From the NCBI GenBank assembly GCA_045545475.1, contig JAZQAZ010000009.1, positions 1-63,519 of the forward strand: a stretch of 63,519 nucleotides of DNA, read 5' to 3'. Position numbers and translations under genes: made by a program. This DNA comes from Clostridia bacterium (GTDB lineage: Bacteria > Bacillota > Clostridia > CAKSNL01 > HGM11501). The number at the start of each line of letters is the position of its first letter. Position 1 is the stretch's first letter. A model generated the notes under the pieces. The model worked only from the letters and a program-made list of their open reading frames with translations. It did not search any database and was not told the DNA's origin. Positions 1-9,051 of this stretch are shown one piece after another.

Positions 1-48
1 TTTGTAAAAGGGTTTCTTTACATTTGTGTTTTCGTTTGTGTTCTTCAT
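1..48 (-). CDS. 5' end of a gene running off the window (MKNTNENTNVKKPFYK...), possibly a membrane-anchored mobile-element protein
   Basis: ATG at 48-46 on the minus strand with a GGAGG RBS at 60-56; the frame is open to the edge. KKPFYK is often seen before an N-terminal TM helix. Confidence 0.55.
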   Translation of the reverse strand, partial: MKNTNENTNVKKPFYK

Positions 49-71
49 ATTGAAGCCTCCTTAATAAATAT

Positions 72-246
72 AAAAAAATGCGTTCCAATTAAGGAACGCA
101 CCAAAAAAGTGTAGTCCCCCAATTGTTGCTACACAATGCTCCACCTATTTTTCACAGGGATGAGTAAGAGAGAAAACACCTTTTTACAAAGGTTATTTTC
201 CCTATGAAAAAATAGTTATATGCATATGTGTAGCACATTCATTATA
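72..246 (-). ncRNA. Candidate structured leader/sRNA ending in an intrinsic terminator
   Basis: TATAAT at 246-241; nested stems 234-227/135-128 and 215-200/159-144; terminator TGCGTTCC/GGAACGCA (100-79) plus T7, upstream of the RBS of the edge gene. Confidence 0.55.
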
Positions 247-433
247 GCATAATACTCCCAAAACATCAATAGATTTTACAAAAATTGTATAGAACACTTA
301 AAAATTATAAACACATACTAAAAGAGCACACTCTATAAAAGGTTGAAACCTTTGAAACATTAGGTTAATAACCTAATGGCACTATCGCTAATGCGAACAA
401 TAAAAAATAAAAAGATACAGGAGGCTTACACAA

Positions 434-1531
434 ATGAAAAACAACCCCATATTAAAAAGAGTTAAAAACAACAATTACACATTAAAGCATATTTCACAAG
501 CAGAGATTGATAAAATAAGTCAAACAAACTTTGTTTTGTTTCTCTTTTGGCTTGATAATGATTATATCACTATCAAAAACAATTATTACAGGTTTTCAAA
601 TGATGAGAACATAACAATATATAAAGAGATGGGTTATGACCACTACACAGGCTTTAATTATCCACCTTTGTTTTTTCTTCAAGCATTTTTGAAATTAGAT
701 TTTAGGCAGTCGCTATATTTATTGAACTACTATTATTACAAGGTATATAAAAAAGATGTTGAAAAAGAGTTTAATACATATCTTTCAACCCATACAATAA
801 AAGAAACATCTTCCAATGTTGATTTACAATATATAATAAAAGAAAATCTTTTAACATCAGAAGACGAAGAAACAAGGTCAAAGGTTTTTAGTCGTGTTTA
901 TGCTTATCTAACATCAAGAGGTTTTGAAAGGTTTGTTATTGAAAATATGATAAAGCATAATTGGTTAATGGTTGATAAGAATTATAATCTATGCTTCATC
1001 ACATACGAGGACGAAACAAAAACAAGCATTATAGCAATAACTAAAAAAGGCACTTTAACCAACAATAATTATAAATGTAATTACACCAAAGAAAGATATA
1101 CAGGCTTTTTCTATAAACCCAAGAACACCAAAACACCAAAAGCATTATTTATATTTGAAAGTTGTTTAGACTTATTTTCATTCGTTCAACTTGTTTGGCA
1201 GAATAAAATTAAAATTGATGAAGAATATTGTTGTATATCATTAAATGGAGCAAACAACAGGAACTATATTTATAAAGTGCTAAATAACTATTCAAGTATA
1301 AACATTATTTATTGTTGTCTTGATAATGATTATAAAGGTAAGCAATCAACAGACCAAATTAAAAAGCAAATGATAAAAAACACTTATGATTTAAGGGGCA
1401 TAATTCAAGACCTAATAAAATATAACAATGGGCATTTAATAAAAGATTGGAATGAGTGCTTAAAGTTTTCAAATTACATTGATGTTGATATAAAGCAGTT
1501 TTTAGGAATACAGGAAAACAAGCAATTATAA
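434..1531 (+). CDS. DUF3991/TOPRIM-domain primase-like protein of a mobile element
   Basis: YLTSRG; FIFESCLDLFSF; SLNG; LDND (TOPRIM DxD); KDWNECL; GGAGG RBS. Confidence 0.75.
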   Translation: MKNNPILKRVKNNNYTLKHISQAEIDKISQTNFVLFLFWLDNDYITIKNNYYRFSNDENITIYKEMGYDHYTGFNYPPLFFLQAFLKLDFRQSLYLLNYYYYKVYKKDVEKEFNTYLSTHTIKETSSNVDLQYIIKENLLTSEDEETRSKVFSRVYAYLTSRGFERFVIENMIKHNWLMVDKNYNLCFITYEDETKTSIIAITKKGTLTNNNYKCNYTKERYTGFFYKPKNTKTPKALFIFESCLDLFSFVQLVWQNKIKIDEEYCCISLNGANNRNYIYKVLNNYSSINIIYCCLDNDYKGKQSTDQIKKQMIKNTYDLRGIIQDLIKYNNGHLIKDWNECLKFSNYIDVDIKQFLGIQENKQL

Positions 1532-1622
1532 AATATAATGTAGCAGAACGCTACACTCTCTGACCTAAATCAAAACAAATAACAGGGCAAGAAAAAGAGA
1601 GGCAAGAAACAAACAGGAACAT

Positions 1623-1660
1623 AAAAGGCTATCTGTAATTTAAACGCAGATAGCCTTTTT
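1623..1660 (+). terminator. Intrinsic terminator after the TOPRIM gene
   Basis: AAAAGGCTATCTG / CAGATAGCCTTTT inverted repeat. Confidence 0.65.
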
Positions 1661-1678
1661 GACAGTTGATTTGACAGT
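1658..1678. repeat. Tandem TTTGACAGT direct repeats, resembling tyrosine-integrase arm sites
   Basis: Copies at 1658-1666 and 1670-1678 (12-bp period) near the end of the AT-rich block. Confidence 0.45.
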
Positions 1679-1831
1679 AAATAGAAGAAAAAGCAAGGGA
1701 AAATAAGGGGAAATAAGAAGAAACGAACAAAAAAAGAAAACTGCTTAAATCCCTTGAAATAAGCAGTTTTCAGGTAGTTTTAAAATAAGTATTCAAAACA
1801 TAACAAATGGTTTAGATGCCAATATATTTTA

Positions 1832-1965
1832 GTGAAATATCTCGTTTTACTCGATGTGAAATAAAAAAATCCTTATATCACACGCTGAAGGCGTATTTCA
1901 CATTGCGAAGCAATATTTCACGCCTGAAGGGCATTTCACAAATCCAGAAAGGATTTATTTCGTTG
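1832..1965. repeat. Array of mini-hairpins separated by ATTTCAC (REP-like)
   Basis: ATATCAC-ACGC tgaag GCGT-ATTTCAC-ATTGC gaa GCAAT-ATTTCAC-GCCT gaa GGGC-ATTTCAC-AAATCC agaaa GGATTT-ATTTCG, preceded by two GTGAAAT. Confidence 0.7.
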
Positions 1966-2000
1966 AAAAAAGCGTACTGAATTTTCAGTACGCTTTTTTC
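1965..2000 (-). terminator. Terminator downstream of tRNA-Lys
   Basis: GAAAAAAGCGTACTGA attt TCAGTACGCTTTTTTC. Confidence 0.8.
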
Positions 2001-2076
2001 TGGTGCGCCATCAGGGACTCGAACCCGCGACACCCTGATTAAGAGTCAGGTGCTCTACCAACTGAGCTAATGGCGC
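2001..2076 (-). tRNA. tRNA-Lys (anticodon CTT), encoded CCA
   Basis: Cloverleaf GCGCCAT/ATGGCGC; D arm GCTC/GAGC; anticodon arm CCTGA-CTCTTAA-TCAGG; TTCGA loop; 76 nt. TTGACA at 2125-2120 upstream. Confidence 0.95.
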
Positions 2077-2232
2077 ATTTCCTTGCAACAAGGGATATAT
2101 TACCACAACCAAAGGTATTTGTCAAGAGTTTTTTTAATATTTTTTCAAAATTTTTGTTTTTTATTCTAAATATCAACATGAGTTTCAGAAACTTATAAAA
2201 ACTATATTGATTTCAAGGTATGAAAGTGATAT

Positions 2233-2670
2233 ATGAAATCACCACATACTATAATTTTAATACTTACTCACAAAGATATTTTTAAATATCTTTTATTTGC
2301 ATTGTTTGTAAGTCTTTGTGCCTGTGGCGGTCCTTCGGAAGAAGAAATGCTGGAACAGGCTACAGAGCTTGATCGTACAGAGCTGCTGGAAGCTATGCAT
2401 GCAAATTCTGAAAGAGCTAAAAAAGAATATAACGGTAAAGTTGTTGAACTAAAAGATGTTCCGGTCTACTTTACATCTAATGGAAGACTCAATACTCAAT
2501 ATGGGGGATCTCTTGGACAGGGAGGATTTGTAACTATTTCTTTCAGCTTTGAGTTACCTGAGGAGGAAATGCTTACAGTAAACGAAGGAGATCACATTTC
2601 TGTTATCGGTGTTCTTGAGATAGAGGATTCCTATGACGTAACTTTAAAGAACGCTTTTATGTCAGAATAA
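2233..2670 (+). CDS. Putative OB-fold lipoprotein (tRNA_anti-like family)
   Basis: Hydrophobic stretch with lipobox LCAC; N..A...Y.GK.V motif; start codon uncertain. Confidence 0.6.
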   Translation: MKSPHTIILILTHKDIFKYLLFALFVSLCACGGPSEEEMLEQATELDRTELLEAMHANSERAKKEYNGKVVELKDVPVYFTSNGRLNTQYGGSLGQGGFVTISFSFELPEEEMLTVNEGDHISVIGVLEIEDSYDVTLKNAFMSE

Positions 2671-2694
2671 ATTGCATAGTTAAAACCTTGATTG

Positions 2695-2731
2695 AAAAGA
2701 GTGCACCGCCAAAGGCGATGCACTCTTTTTT
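2695..2731 (+). terminator. Intrinsic terminator
   Basis: AAAAGAGTGCA..TGCACTCTTTT hairpin plus T tract. Confidence 0.75.
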
Positions 2732-2828
2732 GTAGTGTGCCGGAAGTGTGAAAATCAGAAAAATACATTTGTTTTATTGACAAAAAGGATATATGATAGT
2801 AAAATACTTATAGACTAATTAAGAAAGG

Positions 2829-3929
2829 ATGAAAAAAATGAAAAAAATTATAGGGTTATTATTGGCTTTTGCACTGCTTACCTCGTGTATTATAAGTGCC
2901 GGGGCAGCAAACATCGGTGATGTTATCAACAAAACAGTATACACCGATATTGTTGCAAAAATAAACGGTTACGACATTGCATCCTACAACATCGACGGTT
3001 ATACGGTTGTAGTTGCAGAGGATTTGCGTAATTACGGTTTTAACGTAGAGTGGAAGGGAGAAGAAAGAGCACTTTACATAACCGTAAATCCTTCTCAGTC
3101 AACAGTTACAAGCACTTATGTAGCACCTAAGGTTTCGGCAGATATGGTGGGTGTTAAAGCAAACGATGTTCTTTACACCGACATAAAAACATATATGGAT
3201 GGAAATCTTGTTACAAGCTATAATATTGGCGGCCTTACAGTTATATCCTTTAACGATTTACAGCGTTACGGAACAGTAAATTATGACAATGACGCCAGAG
3301 AGCTTTCCGTTGCATTACCTTGGGTAACAGGTGCTGACGGAACAGCCCCCCAGGCTCCCGACGGAACAAACGGCCCTCCTCCTCAGTCTTCTGATGGAAC
3401 AAGCGGTCCTCCCCCTCAGTCTTCTGACGGAACAAGCGGCCCTCCTCCTCAGTCTCCTGACGGAAGTGCTCCTCAGGCCCCTCAGACAACAACACCTTAT
3501 TCTACATTGGCAAATGAAATTAAAACAAACGGTGAGTTTGTAGAAGATTCCGATGGCAATTATTACTTTTTATACGGAGAATATACACTTGATGCAGGAG
3601 ATGTATCGTTATATGCTGTTTATACCGAGGGCAAGCACATAAGTTTTCTTTTCTCCGTTGAAAGCGATGTGACAATTGACATCATGATTATGATTAAAGA
3701 GGGTGGCGAGCTTAGCGGAGCTCTTTTTGAAGCTTCTCAGGGATCTTACGAGTTAGGCGTTGTATACACATACAATAATAACGGAGAATTGGTTCTTAAG
3801 CAATCAGACTATGCCGAGTTAAATGAAACGGCTGAAGAAATGATTACAGCGTCGTATGAAGTTTTTGATGAATTTTTAGCATCCATGGGTGCAAGCATCA
3901 AGCTTAAGAATTTTGGAATAAAGTATTGA
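2829..3929 (+). CDS. Secreted protein: duplicated N-terminal module, Pro/Ser-rich repeat linker, unknown C-terminal domain
   Basis: Signal peptide; two YTDI...NG..I.SYNI.G.TV-like repeats; DGTSGPPPQSS repeats. Confidence 0.75.
   Translation: MKKMKKIIGLLLAFALLTSCIISAGAANIGDVINKTVYTDIVAKINGYDIASYNIDGYTVVVAEDLRNYGFNVEWKGEERALYITVNPSQSTVTSTYVAPKVSADMVGVKANDVLYTDIKTYMDGNLVTSYNIGGLTVISFNDLQRYGTVNYDNDARELSVALPWVTGADGTAPQAPDGTNGPPPQSSDGTSGPPPQSSDGTSGPPPQSPDGSAPQAPQTTTPYSTLANEIKTNGEFVEDSDGNYYFLYGEYTLDAGDVSLYAVYTEGKHISFLFSVESDVTIDIMIMIKEGGELSGALFEASQGSYELGVVYTYNNNGELVLKQSDYAELNETAEEMITASYEVFDEFLASMGASIKLKNFGIKY
3360..3458 (+). repeat. Intragenic 33-bp tandem repeat x3
   Basis: GACGGAACAA(A/G)CGGCCCTCCTCCTCAGTCT(T/C)CT-like units at 3360, 3393 and 3426. 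Confidence 0.9.
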
Positions 3930-3930
3930 T

Positions 3931-3963
3931 AAAAAGCGTGTAGGTTTTGCCTACACGCTTTTT
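3931..3963. terminator. Bidirectional terminator
   Basis: AAAAAGCGTGTAGG/CCTACACGCTTTTT between convergent genes. Confidence 0.8.
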
Positions 3964-4837
3964 ATTGTATCTTATATTTTATCTTTTTGTACTCGTTAGG
4001 AGAGCAACCTTTGAAGCGTTTGAAAACCCTGTTGAAATAGGAAACGGAAGAAAATCCCACATCAAGAGAAATGTCGGAAACACTCATGGAGCTTGAGGTT
4101 AAAAGCTTTTCTGACTTACAAACCCTTACGAAATTGAGATACTCCGTAAAAGTGGAATTGGTTGCCTTTTTGAAAAGTCTGCAGAAATAATAGGTGTTTA
4201 AGTTAAGATGCTCACTTATCTGTTCTAAGGTTAACTGTTCAGCGTAGTTGGAGTCGATATAGGAAAGAGCAGGAAGCACCTTGTCCACATATTTGAAATT
4301 GAAATATGTGTCGGCATTAAGAAGAATGTTGTTTCTGTATAAAAAGCCCAAAATGCTGTGAATTCCGGATTTTATGAAGCTTTCGTATCCATTGTTCTTT
4401 TCGTAGCTTTCAATGAATATGAGGCGCATATAGTTGGAAAGAGCCTCGTTTTCCGGAGTATTTGCCTTGAACACCATAGAAGGAATTTCTCCCATATTTA
4501 TGAATCGGTACAAATACTTACTTATGTTTTCCTTTGTTTCAATAAAACTGATGGTGGAAAACTGAAGCATTGAGGAAAATGTGCCGTTTGCAAGAGTCCT
4601 GGTGGCGTGGGGAACACGACTGGCCAGGTAAATGATATCGCCCTTTTCTGCAATTAATTCTTCCGTACCTGCGAGGCAGTGAAACTTTCCCGATTCAATA
4701 TACAAAAGCTCAATTTCGTCATGGATGTGAAGCGAGCAGATGTGATGAGGCTCGAGTTTTTCGTTTTGCGGATGTGGAGAATATGAAATTTTAATAGGGA
4801 CGTTATCTATGCTTGAACGTATAAGCTCCTGATTCAT
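3962..4837 (-). CDS. AraC family transcriptional regulator
   Basis: Cupin H.H..IEL; C-terminal VGFSSVSYFNRVFKRFKGCSP; start placed after GAGGAGG. Confidence 0.92.
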   Translation of the reverse strand: MNQELIRSSIDNVPIKISYSPHPQNEKLEPHHICSLHIHDEIELLYIESGKFHCLAGTEELIAEKGDIIYLASRVPHATRTLANGTFSSMLQFSTISFIETKENISKYLYRFINMGEIPSMVFKANTPENEALSNYMRLIFIESYEKNNGYESFIKSGIHSILGFLYRNNILLNADTYFNFKYVDKVLPALSYIDSNYAEQLTLEQISEHLNLNTYYFCRLFKKATNSTFTEYLNFVRVCKSEKLLTSSSMSVSDISLDVGFSSVSYFNRVFKRFKGCSPNEYKKIKYKIQ

Positions 4838-4931
4838 AGAATTCCTCCTCATGTCAAAATTGTGCAATCAGTATATCATAGCTTTCACTAAAAAGCAAGA
4901 AAAAAGAGCAAGATTTTCTTGCTCTTTTTTC

Positions 4932-6104
4932 TTATTTAATGTGTTTGTCTGCAAAACGCTTCATTCGCTCAAGTGCCTTGTTTATGTTGCTGATGGAATA
5001 AGCATAGGAGCAACGGATAAAGCCTTCTCCCGAATCTCCGAAGGCGGAGCCTGATACAACTGCTACACGCTCTTCGTGAAGAAGTGCTTCGCAGAAATCA
5101 TCACTCTTAAATCCTGCCTTTGAAATGTTTGGGAATACATAGAAGGCACCTAAGGGTTCGAAACACTCAAAGCCCATTTCACGGAAGCCTGTAACCATAA
5201 GCCTGCGTCTCATGTTATATTCGTTTCTCATAGCTGCGACATCGCCGTCACAGTTGCGAAGTGCTTCGATTGCCGCATACTGGCTTGTGGTGGGGGATGA
5301 CATAATTGCATACTGATGTACCTTAAGCATCATTTTCATGATTTCCTTGGGAGCACATACATAACCAAGTCTCCAGCCTGTCATGGCAAAAGCCTTTGAA
5401 AAGCCGTTTATATAAATTGTACGTTCCCTCATACCGGGATATGCGGCAATGGATGTGTGCCCTTCGGGAGTATAGTTAAGTTCGGAATAAATTTCGTCGG
5501 TTAAAACAAGAATGTTTGTGTCACGGAGAAAAGCAGCAAGAGCTTCCAGATCCTCCTTTTCCAAAATGGCACCGGTGGGATTGTTGGGATAGGGGAGAAT
5601 TAGTGCCTTGGTTTTGTCAGTAACTGCAGCCTTTAAGTCCTCAACTGTCAAACGGAAGTTATTTTCTTCCTTTGTTACAATCGGAACTGGAGTTCCGCCT
5701 GCAAACATGGTTAAAGGCTTATAGCATACAAAGCTGGGCTCGGGAATTAATACCTCATCCCCGGGGGCGATGATGGTACGGAGAGCAACATCAATTGCTT
5801 CGCTTCCGCCAACGGTAACTAAAACCTCGTCCTCTGTATAGGAAAGCTCATACTTTCTGTCAAGATAACGGCAAATTTCCTTTCTGAGTTCAAGTAATCC
5901 TGCGTTTGCGGTGTAGTGGGTGTGTCCCACTTCAAGTGAACGTATACCCATATCTCGGATGGAACGGGGAGTGTTGAAGTCTGGCTCGCCAACACCGAGG
6001 GAAATTACATCCTTCATTTCGTTTACAACATTAAATAGCTTTCTTATGCCCGACGGCGGAATGGACATAACCGTAGGCGAAAGCAGTTTATCATAATCAA
6101 GCAT
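4932..6104 (-). CDS. PLP-dependent aminotransferase class I/II
   Basis: GEPDF, PNNPTG, DEIY, GFSKAFAMTGWRLG. Confidence 0.93.
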   Translation of the reverse strand: MLDYDKLLSPTVMSIPPSGIRKLFNVVNEMKDVISLGVGEPDFNTPRSIRDMGIRSLEVGHTHYTANAGLLELRKEICRYLDRKYELSYTEDEVLVTVGGSEAIDVALRTIIAPGDEVLIPEPSFVCYKPLTMFAGGTPVPIVTKEENNFRLTVEDLKAAVTDKTKALILPYPNNPTGAILEKEDLEALAAFLRDTNILVLTDEIYSELNYTPEGHTSIAAYPGMRERTIYINGFSKAFAMTGWRLGYVCAPKEIMKMMLKVHQYAIMSSPTTSQYAAIEALRNCDGDVAAMRNEYNMRRRLMVTGFREMGFECFEPLGAFYVFPNISKAGFKSDDFCEALLHEERVAVVSGSAFGDSGEGFIRCSYAYSISNINKALERMKRFADKHIK

Positions 6105-6114
6105 AGGGCACCTC

Positions 6115-6591
6115 TTATATCATCATTTCTCGGTCATCTGTCTTTACGTTTTCAAAGATGATGCCTTCGCGCTTATAGGTTTTAAGCATAAAGTGTGTGG
6201 ATGTGGAAATAACTGAATCCATCTGCGCAAGATGTTCGGAAACGAACATTGCAACGTCCTTTATGTTTTTGCCTTCAACAAAAACAGCAAGGTCGTATGC
6301 ACCGCTCATAAGATAGAGGTGGCGTACCTGCTCATAGCAATAAATGCGGGAAGCAATAGCGTCAAAGCCTTCGCCTGCGGAAGGAGTAACCTTAAGCTCA
6401 ATAAGAGCGGTTACGGTGTCTGCGGCAACCTTATCTTCGTTTACGATGGGCTTATATCCTAAAATGATTTTTTCTTCTTCCATTTTAGCAATGGCACTTT
6501 GAACCTCTGCTAAATCCATACCGGTCATTACGGCAATCTTTTCGGGAGTAATTCTGGCATCACTCTGAAGAATATCAAGAATTCTTTTCAT
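6115..6591 (-). CDS. Lrp/AsnC family regulator
   Basis: ILDILQSDAR HTH; SGAYD; directly upstream of the aminotransferase (alaR-alaT-like pair). Confidence 0.9.
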   Translation of the reverse strand: MKRILDILQSDARITPEKIAVMTGMDLAEVQSAIAKMEEEKIILGYKPIVNEDKVAADTVTALIELKVTPSAGEGFDAIASRIYCYEQVRHLYLMSGAYDLAVFVEGKNIKDVAMFVSEHLAQMDSVISTSTHFMLKTYKREGIIFENVKTDDREMMI

Positions 6592-6802
6592 ACTAATCTT
6601 CCTTTCGGTAAAAATAACTTACCATACATTATATACTATATATAAGAAAAAAACAAGGCTTTTTTAATAAATAGCAAAAAATATTTCGGAAAAAACAAGA
6701 AAACAGCATTTCTCCGAAAATATTTCTGCAAAAGGCGATAAAAAGCGAAAAAATTCTGAAATATAAAAGGAACACGGAATTTTTTCCGTGTTCCTGATTT
6801 TT

Positions 6803-7822
6803 TTATTCTAAGTCGCCGTAGCCTTCGGGGTTATTTGACTGCCAACGCCATGTGTCGCGGCACATATCTTCTAAAGTCTTTTCAGCTTTCCAACCCAAAA
6901 CTTCAAGAGCTTTCTTGGGATCTGCAAAGCATTCTGCAACGTCGCCGGGTCTTCTGTCTGTTATAACGTAGGGAACCTTTACGTTGTTAACTTTTTCGAA
7001 TGCATTTACGATATCAAGCACGCTGTAGCCTGTGCCTGTACCAAGGTTAACTGTTTCAACACCCTTGTGGTCCTTTGCGTAGGTGATTGCCGCAACGTGA
7101 CCCTTTGCAAGGTCAACCACGTGGATGTAATCACGAACACCGGTACCGTCGTGGGTGGGGTAGTCGTTTCCGAATACGCTTAAACGCTCTCTCTTACCAA
7201 CTGCGGTCTGTGAAATATAGGGCATTAAGTTGTTGGGGATGCCGGAAGGATCTTCGCCGATAGTTCCGCTTTCGTGGGCACCGATTGGGTTGAAATAACG
7301 AAGGAGAACAACTGATAAGTTTTTATCTGCAACAGAGGCATCGCGGAGTATCTGCTCGATGAAGAGCTTTGTCCATCCGTAGGGATTTGTGCAGCTTGTG
7401 GGCATATCCTCTGTCAGCGGAACAGTTTCCGGAATACCGTAAACTGTTGCAGAGGAAGAGAATGCAAGGTTGCATACACCAAATTCCTTCATTACATCAA
7501 GAAGTGTAAGTGTGGAATTTATGTTGTTTCTGTAATACATTATGGGCTTTTGTACGGATTCGCCGACTGCCTTGTAGCCTGCAAAGTGTATTACCGCATC
7601 AAGCTTGTTTTCCTGGAAAACTACCTTCAAAGCATCATAATCTGCCACGTCGCACTTGTAGAAGGGGATGCTCTGTCCTACGATTTTTTCAACCCTTCTT
7701 ACGCTTTCCATTTTACTGTTGGATAAATCGTCTGCAATAACAACTGTATGACCTTTTTTGATAAGTTCAACTGCGGTATGGCTTCCTATGTAGCCGGCAC
7801 CGCCGGTTAAAAGTATATTCAT
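6803..7822 (-). CDS. galE: UDP-glucose 4-epimerase
   Basis: GGAGYIGSH, KAVGES, SSSATVYG, YGWTK, LRYFNP, RDYIHV. Confidence 0.97.
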   Translation of the reverse strand: MNILLTGGAGYIGSHTAVELIKKGHTVVIADDLSNSKMESVRRVEKIVGQSIPFYKCDVADYDALKVVFQENKLDAVIHFAGYKAVGESVQKPIMYYRNNINSTLTLLDVMKEFGVCNLAFSSSATVYGIPETVPLTEDMPTSCTNPYGWTKLFIEQILRDASVADKNLSVVLLRYFNPIGAHESGTIGEDPSGIPNNLMPYISQTAVGKRERLSVFGNDYPTHDGTGVRDYIHVVDLAKGHVAAITYAKDHKGVETVNLGTGTGYSVLDIVNAFEKVNNVKVPYVITDRRPGDVAECFADPKKALEVLGWKAEKTLEDMCRDTWRWQSNNPEGYGDLE

Positions 7823-7836
7823 TTTTACGCCTCCAA

Positions 7837-9051
7837 TTATTTTACGATAAGCTTATAGAAGTTTTTCTTACCCTTTTTAACAATGATTTCACCGTCTGTA
7901 AAGTCGGCTTCTGTAAGTTCGGCAGCAATGTCTGTTACCTTAGCATCGCCGATTGTAAGACCGTTCTGCTGAATAAGACGACGGCATTCGCTCTTTGAAG
8001 GAGCGATACCTGCCTTAACCATTACGTCCATAACGTTTCCGAGGTCGCTCTTTTCAATTTCAACGGTGGGCATATTTCCTGATGCACCGCCTGAGAATAC
8101 CGCACGGGCTGCTTCCTGAACGTTCTTTGCGGTTTCTTCACCGTGAACAAGTGCTGTAACCTCGTATGCGAGACGCTCCTTAACGGGGTTAAGCTGACTT
8201 CCTTCAAGCTTTTCAAACTCTCTGATTTCGTCCATGGGAACGAAGGTAAGAAGCTTCATGCACTTGATAACATCGGCATCGTCAACATTTCTCCAGTACT
8301 GATAGAAATCGTAAGGAGTGGTTTTTTCAGCGGAAAGCCAAACTGCACCGGATGCGGTTTTACCCATTTTCTTACCTTCGGAGTTGGTAAGAAGAGTAAA
8401 GGTCATACCGTAAACCTGCTTCTGATCCTTCTTTCTGCAAAGGTCAAGACCGCCTAAGATGTTACTCCACTGATCGTCACCACCAAGCTCCAACTTACAG
8501 TCGTACTTACGGTTAAGCATCAAGAAGTCATAGCTCTGCATAAGCATATAGTTAAATTCGAGGAAGGATAAGCCTTTTTCGAGTCTCTGCTTGAAGCATT
8601 CTGCCTGAAGCATCTGATTAACGGAGAAGCAGGCACCGATGTCACGGATAAACTCAATATAGTTTAAGTCAAGTAACCAGTCGGCGTTATTTACCATTAA
8701 AGCCTTGCCGTCGGAAAAATCAATTATTCTTGAAAGCTGTTCTTTGAAGCATTCGCAGTTGTGGTCGATTACTTCCTTTGTCATCATCTGACGCATGTCG
8801 GTTCTTCCGGAAGGGTCACCGATGTGGCCTGTACCGCCACCAACAAGTGCGATGGGAGTGTGACCTGCATTCTGCATATGACGCATTACAACCATCTGAA
8901 GGAAGTGTCCTACGTGAAGGCTGTCAGCCGTGGGGTCAAAGCCGATGTAGAATTTTATCTTTTCCTTGCCCAGCATCTCACGGATTTCTGCCTCGTGAGT
9001 GGTCTGAGCAATAAGTCCTCTCTCTTTTAAAATATCAAAAACGTTTTCCAT
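7837..9051 (-). CDS. tyrS: Tyrosine--tRNA ligase
   Basis: [25 protein letters not shown]-terminal S4 domain. Confidence 0.97.
   Translation of the reverse strand: MENVFDILKERGLIAQTTHEAEIREMLGKEKIKFYIGFDPTADSLHVGHFLQMVVMRHMQNAGHTPIALVGGGTGHIGDPSGRTDMRQMMTKEVIDHNCECFKEQLSRIIDFSDGKALMVNNADWLLDLNYIEFIRDIGACFSVNQMLQAECFKQRLEKGLSFLEFNYMLMQSYDFLMLNRKYDCKLELGGDDQWSNILGGLDLCRKKDQKQVYGMTFTLLTNSEGKKMGKTASGAVWLSAEKTTPYDFYQYWRNVDDADVIKCMKLLTFVPMDEIREFEKLEGSQLNPVKERLAYEVTALVHGEETAKNVQEAARAVFSGGASGNMPTVEIEKSDLGNVMDVMVKAGIAPSKSECRRLIQQNGLTIGDAKVTDIAAELTEADFTDGEIIVKKGKKNFYKLIVK

Larger units (their letters stand above)
1..1830. mobile_element. Right-hand end of an integrated AT-rich element (ICE/IME-like)
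   Basis: Markedly more AT-rich than the rest of the window; TOPRIM-type gene; tandem TTTGACAGT repeats at 1658-1678; inverted repeat at 1736-1771; close to a tRNA 3' end. No integrase is visible in the window. Confidence 0.7.

Noticed and set aside
1795-1825. Chromosomal dif site
   Set aside because: Only TTATGT resembles the XerD arm, the spacer would be 8 bp, and most genes to the right point away from it. Kept only as a possible recombinase core.
1832-1965. CRISPR array
   Set aside because: The repeat is only 7 bp, the spacers are 11-17 bp and self-complementary, and there are no cas genes in the window.
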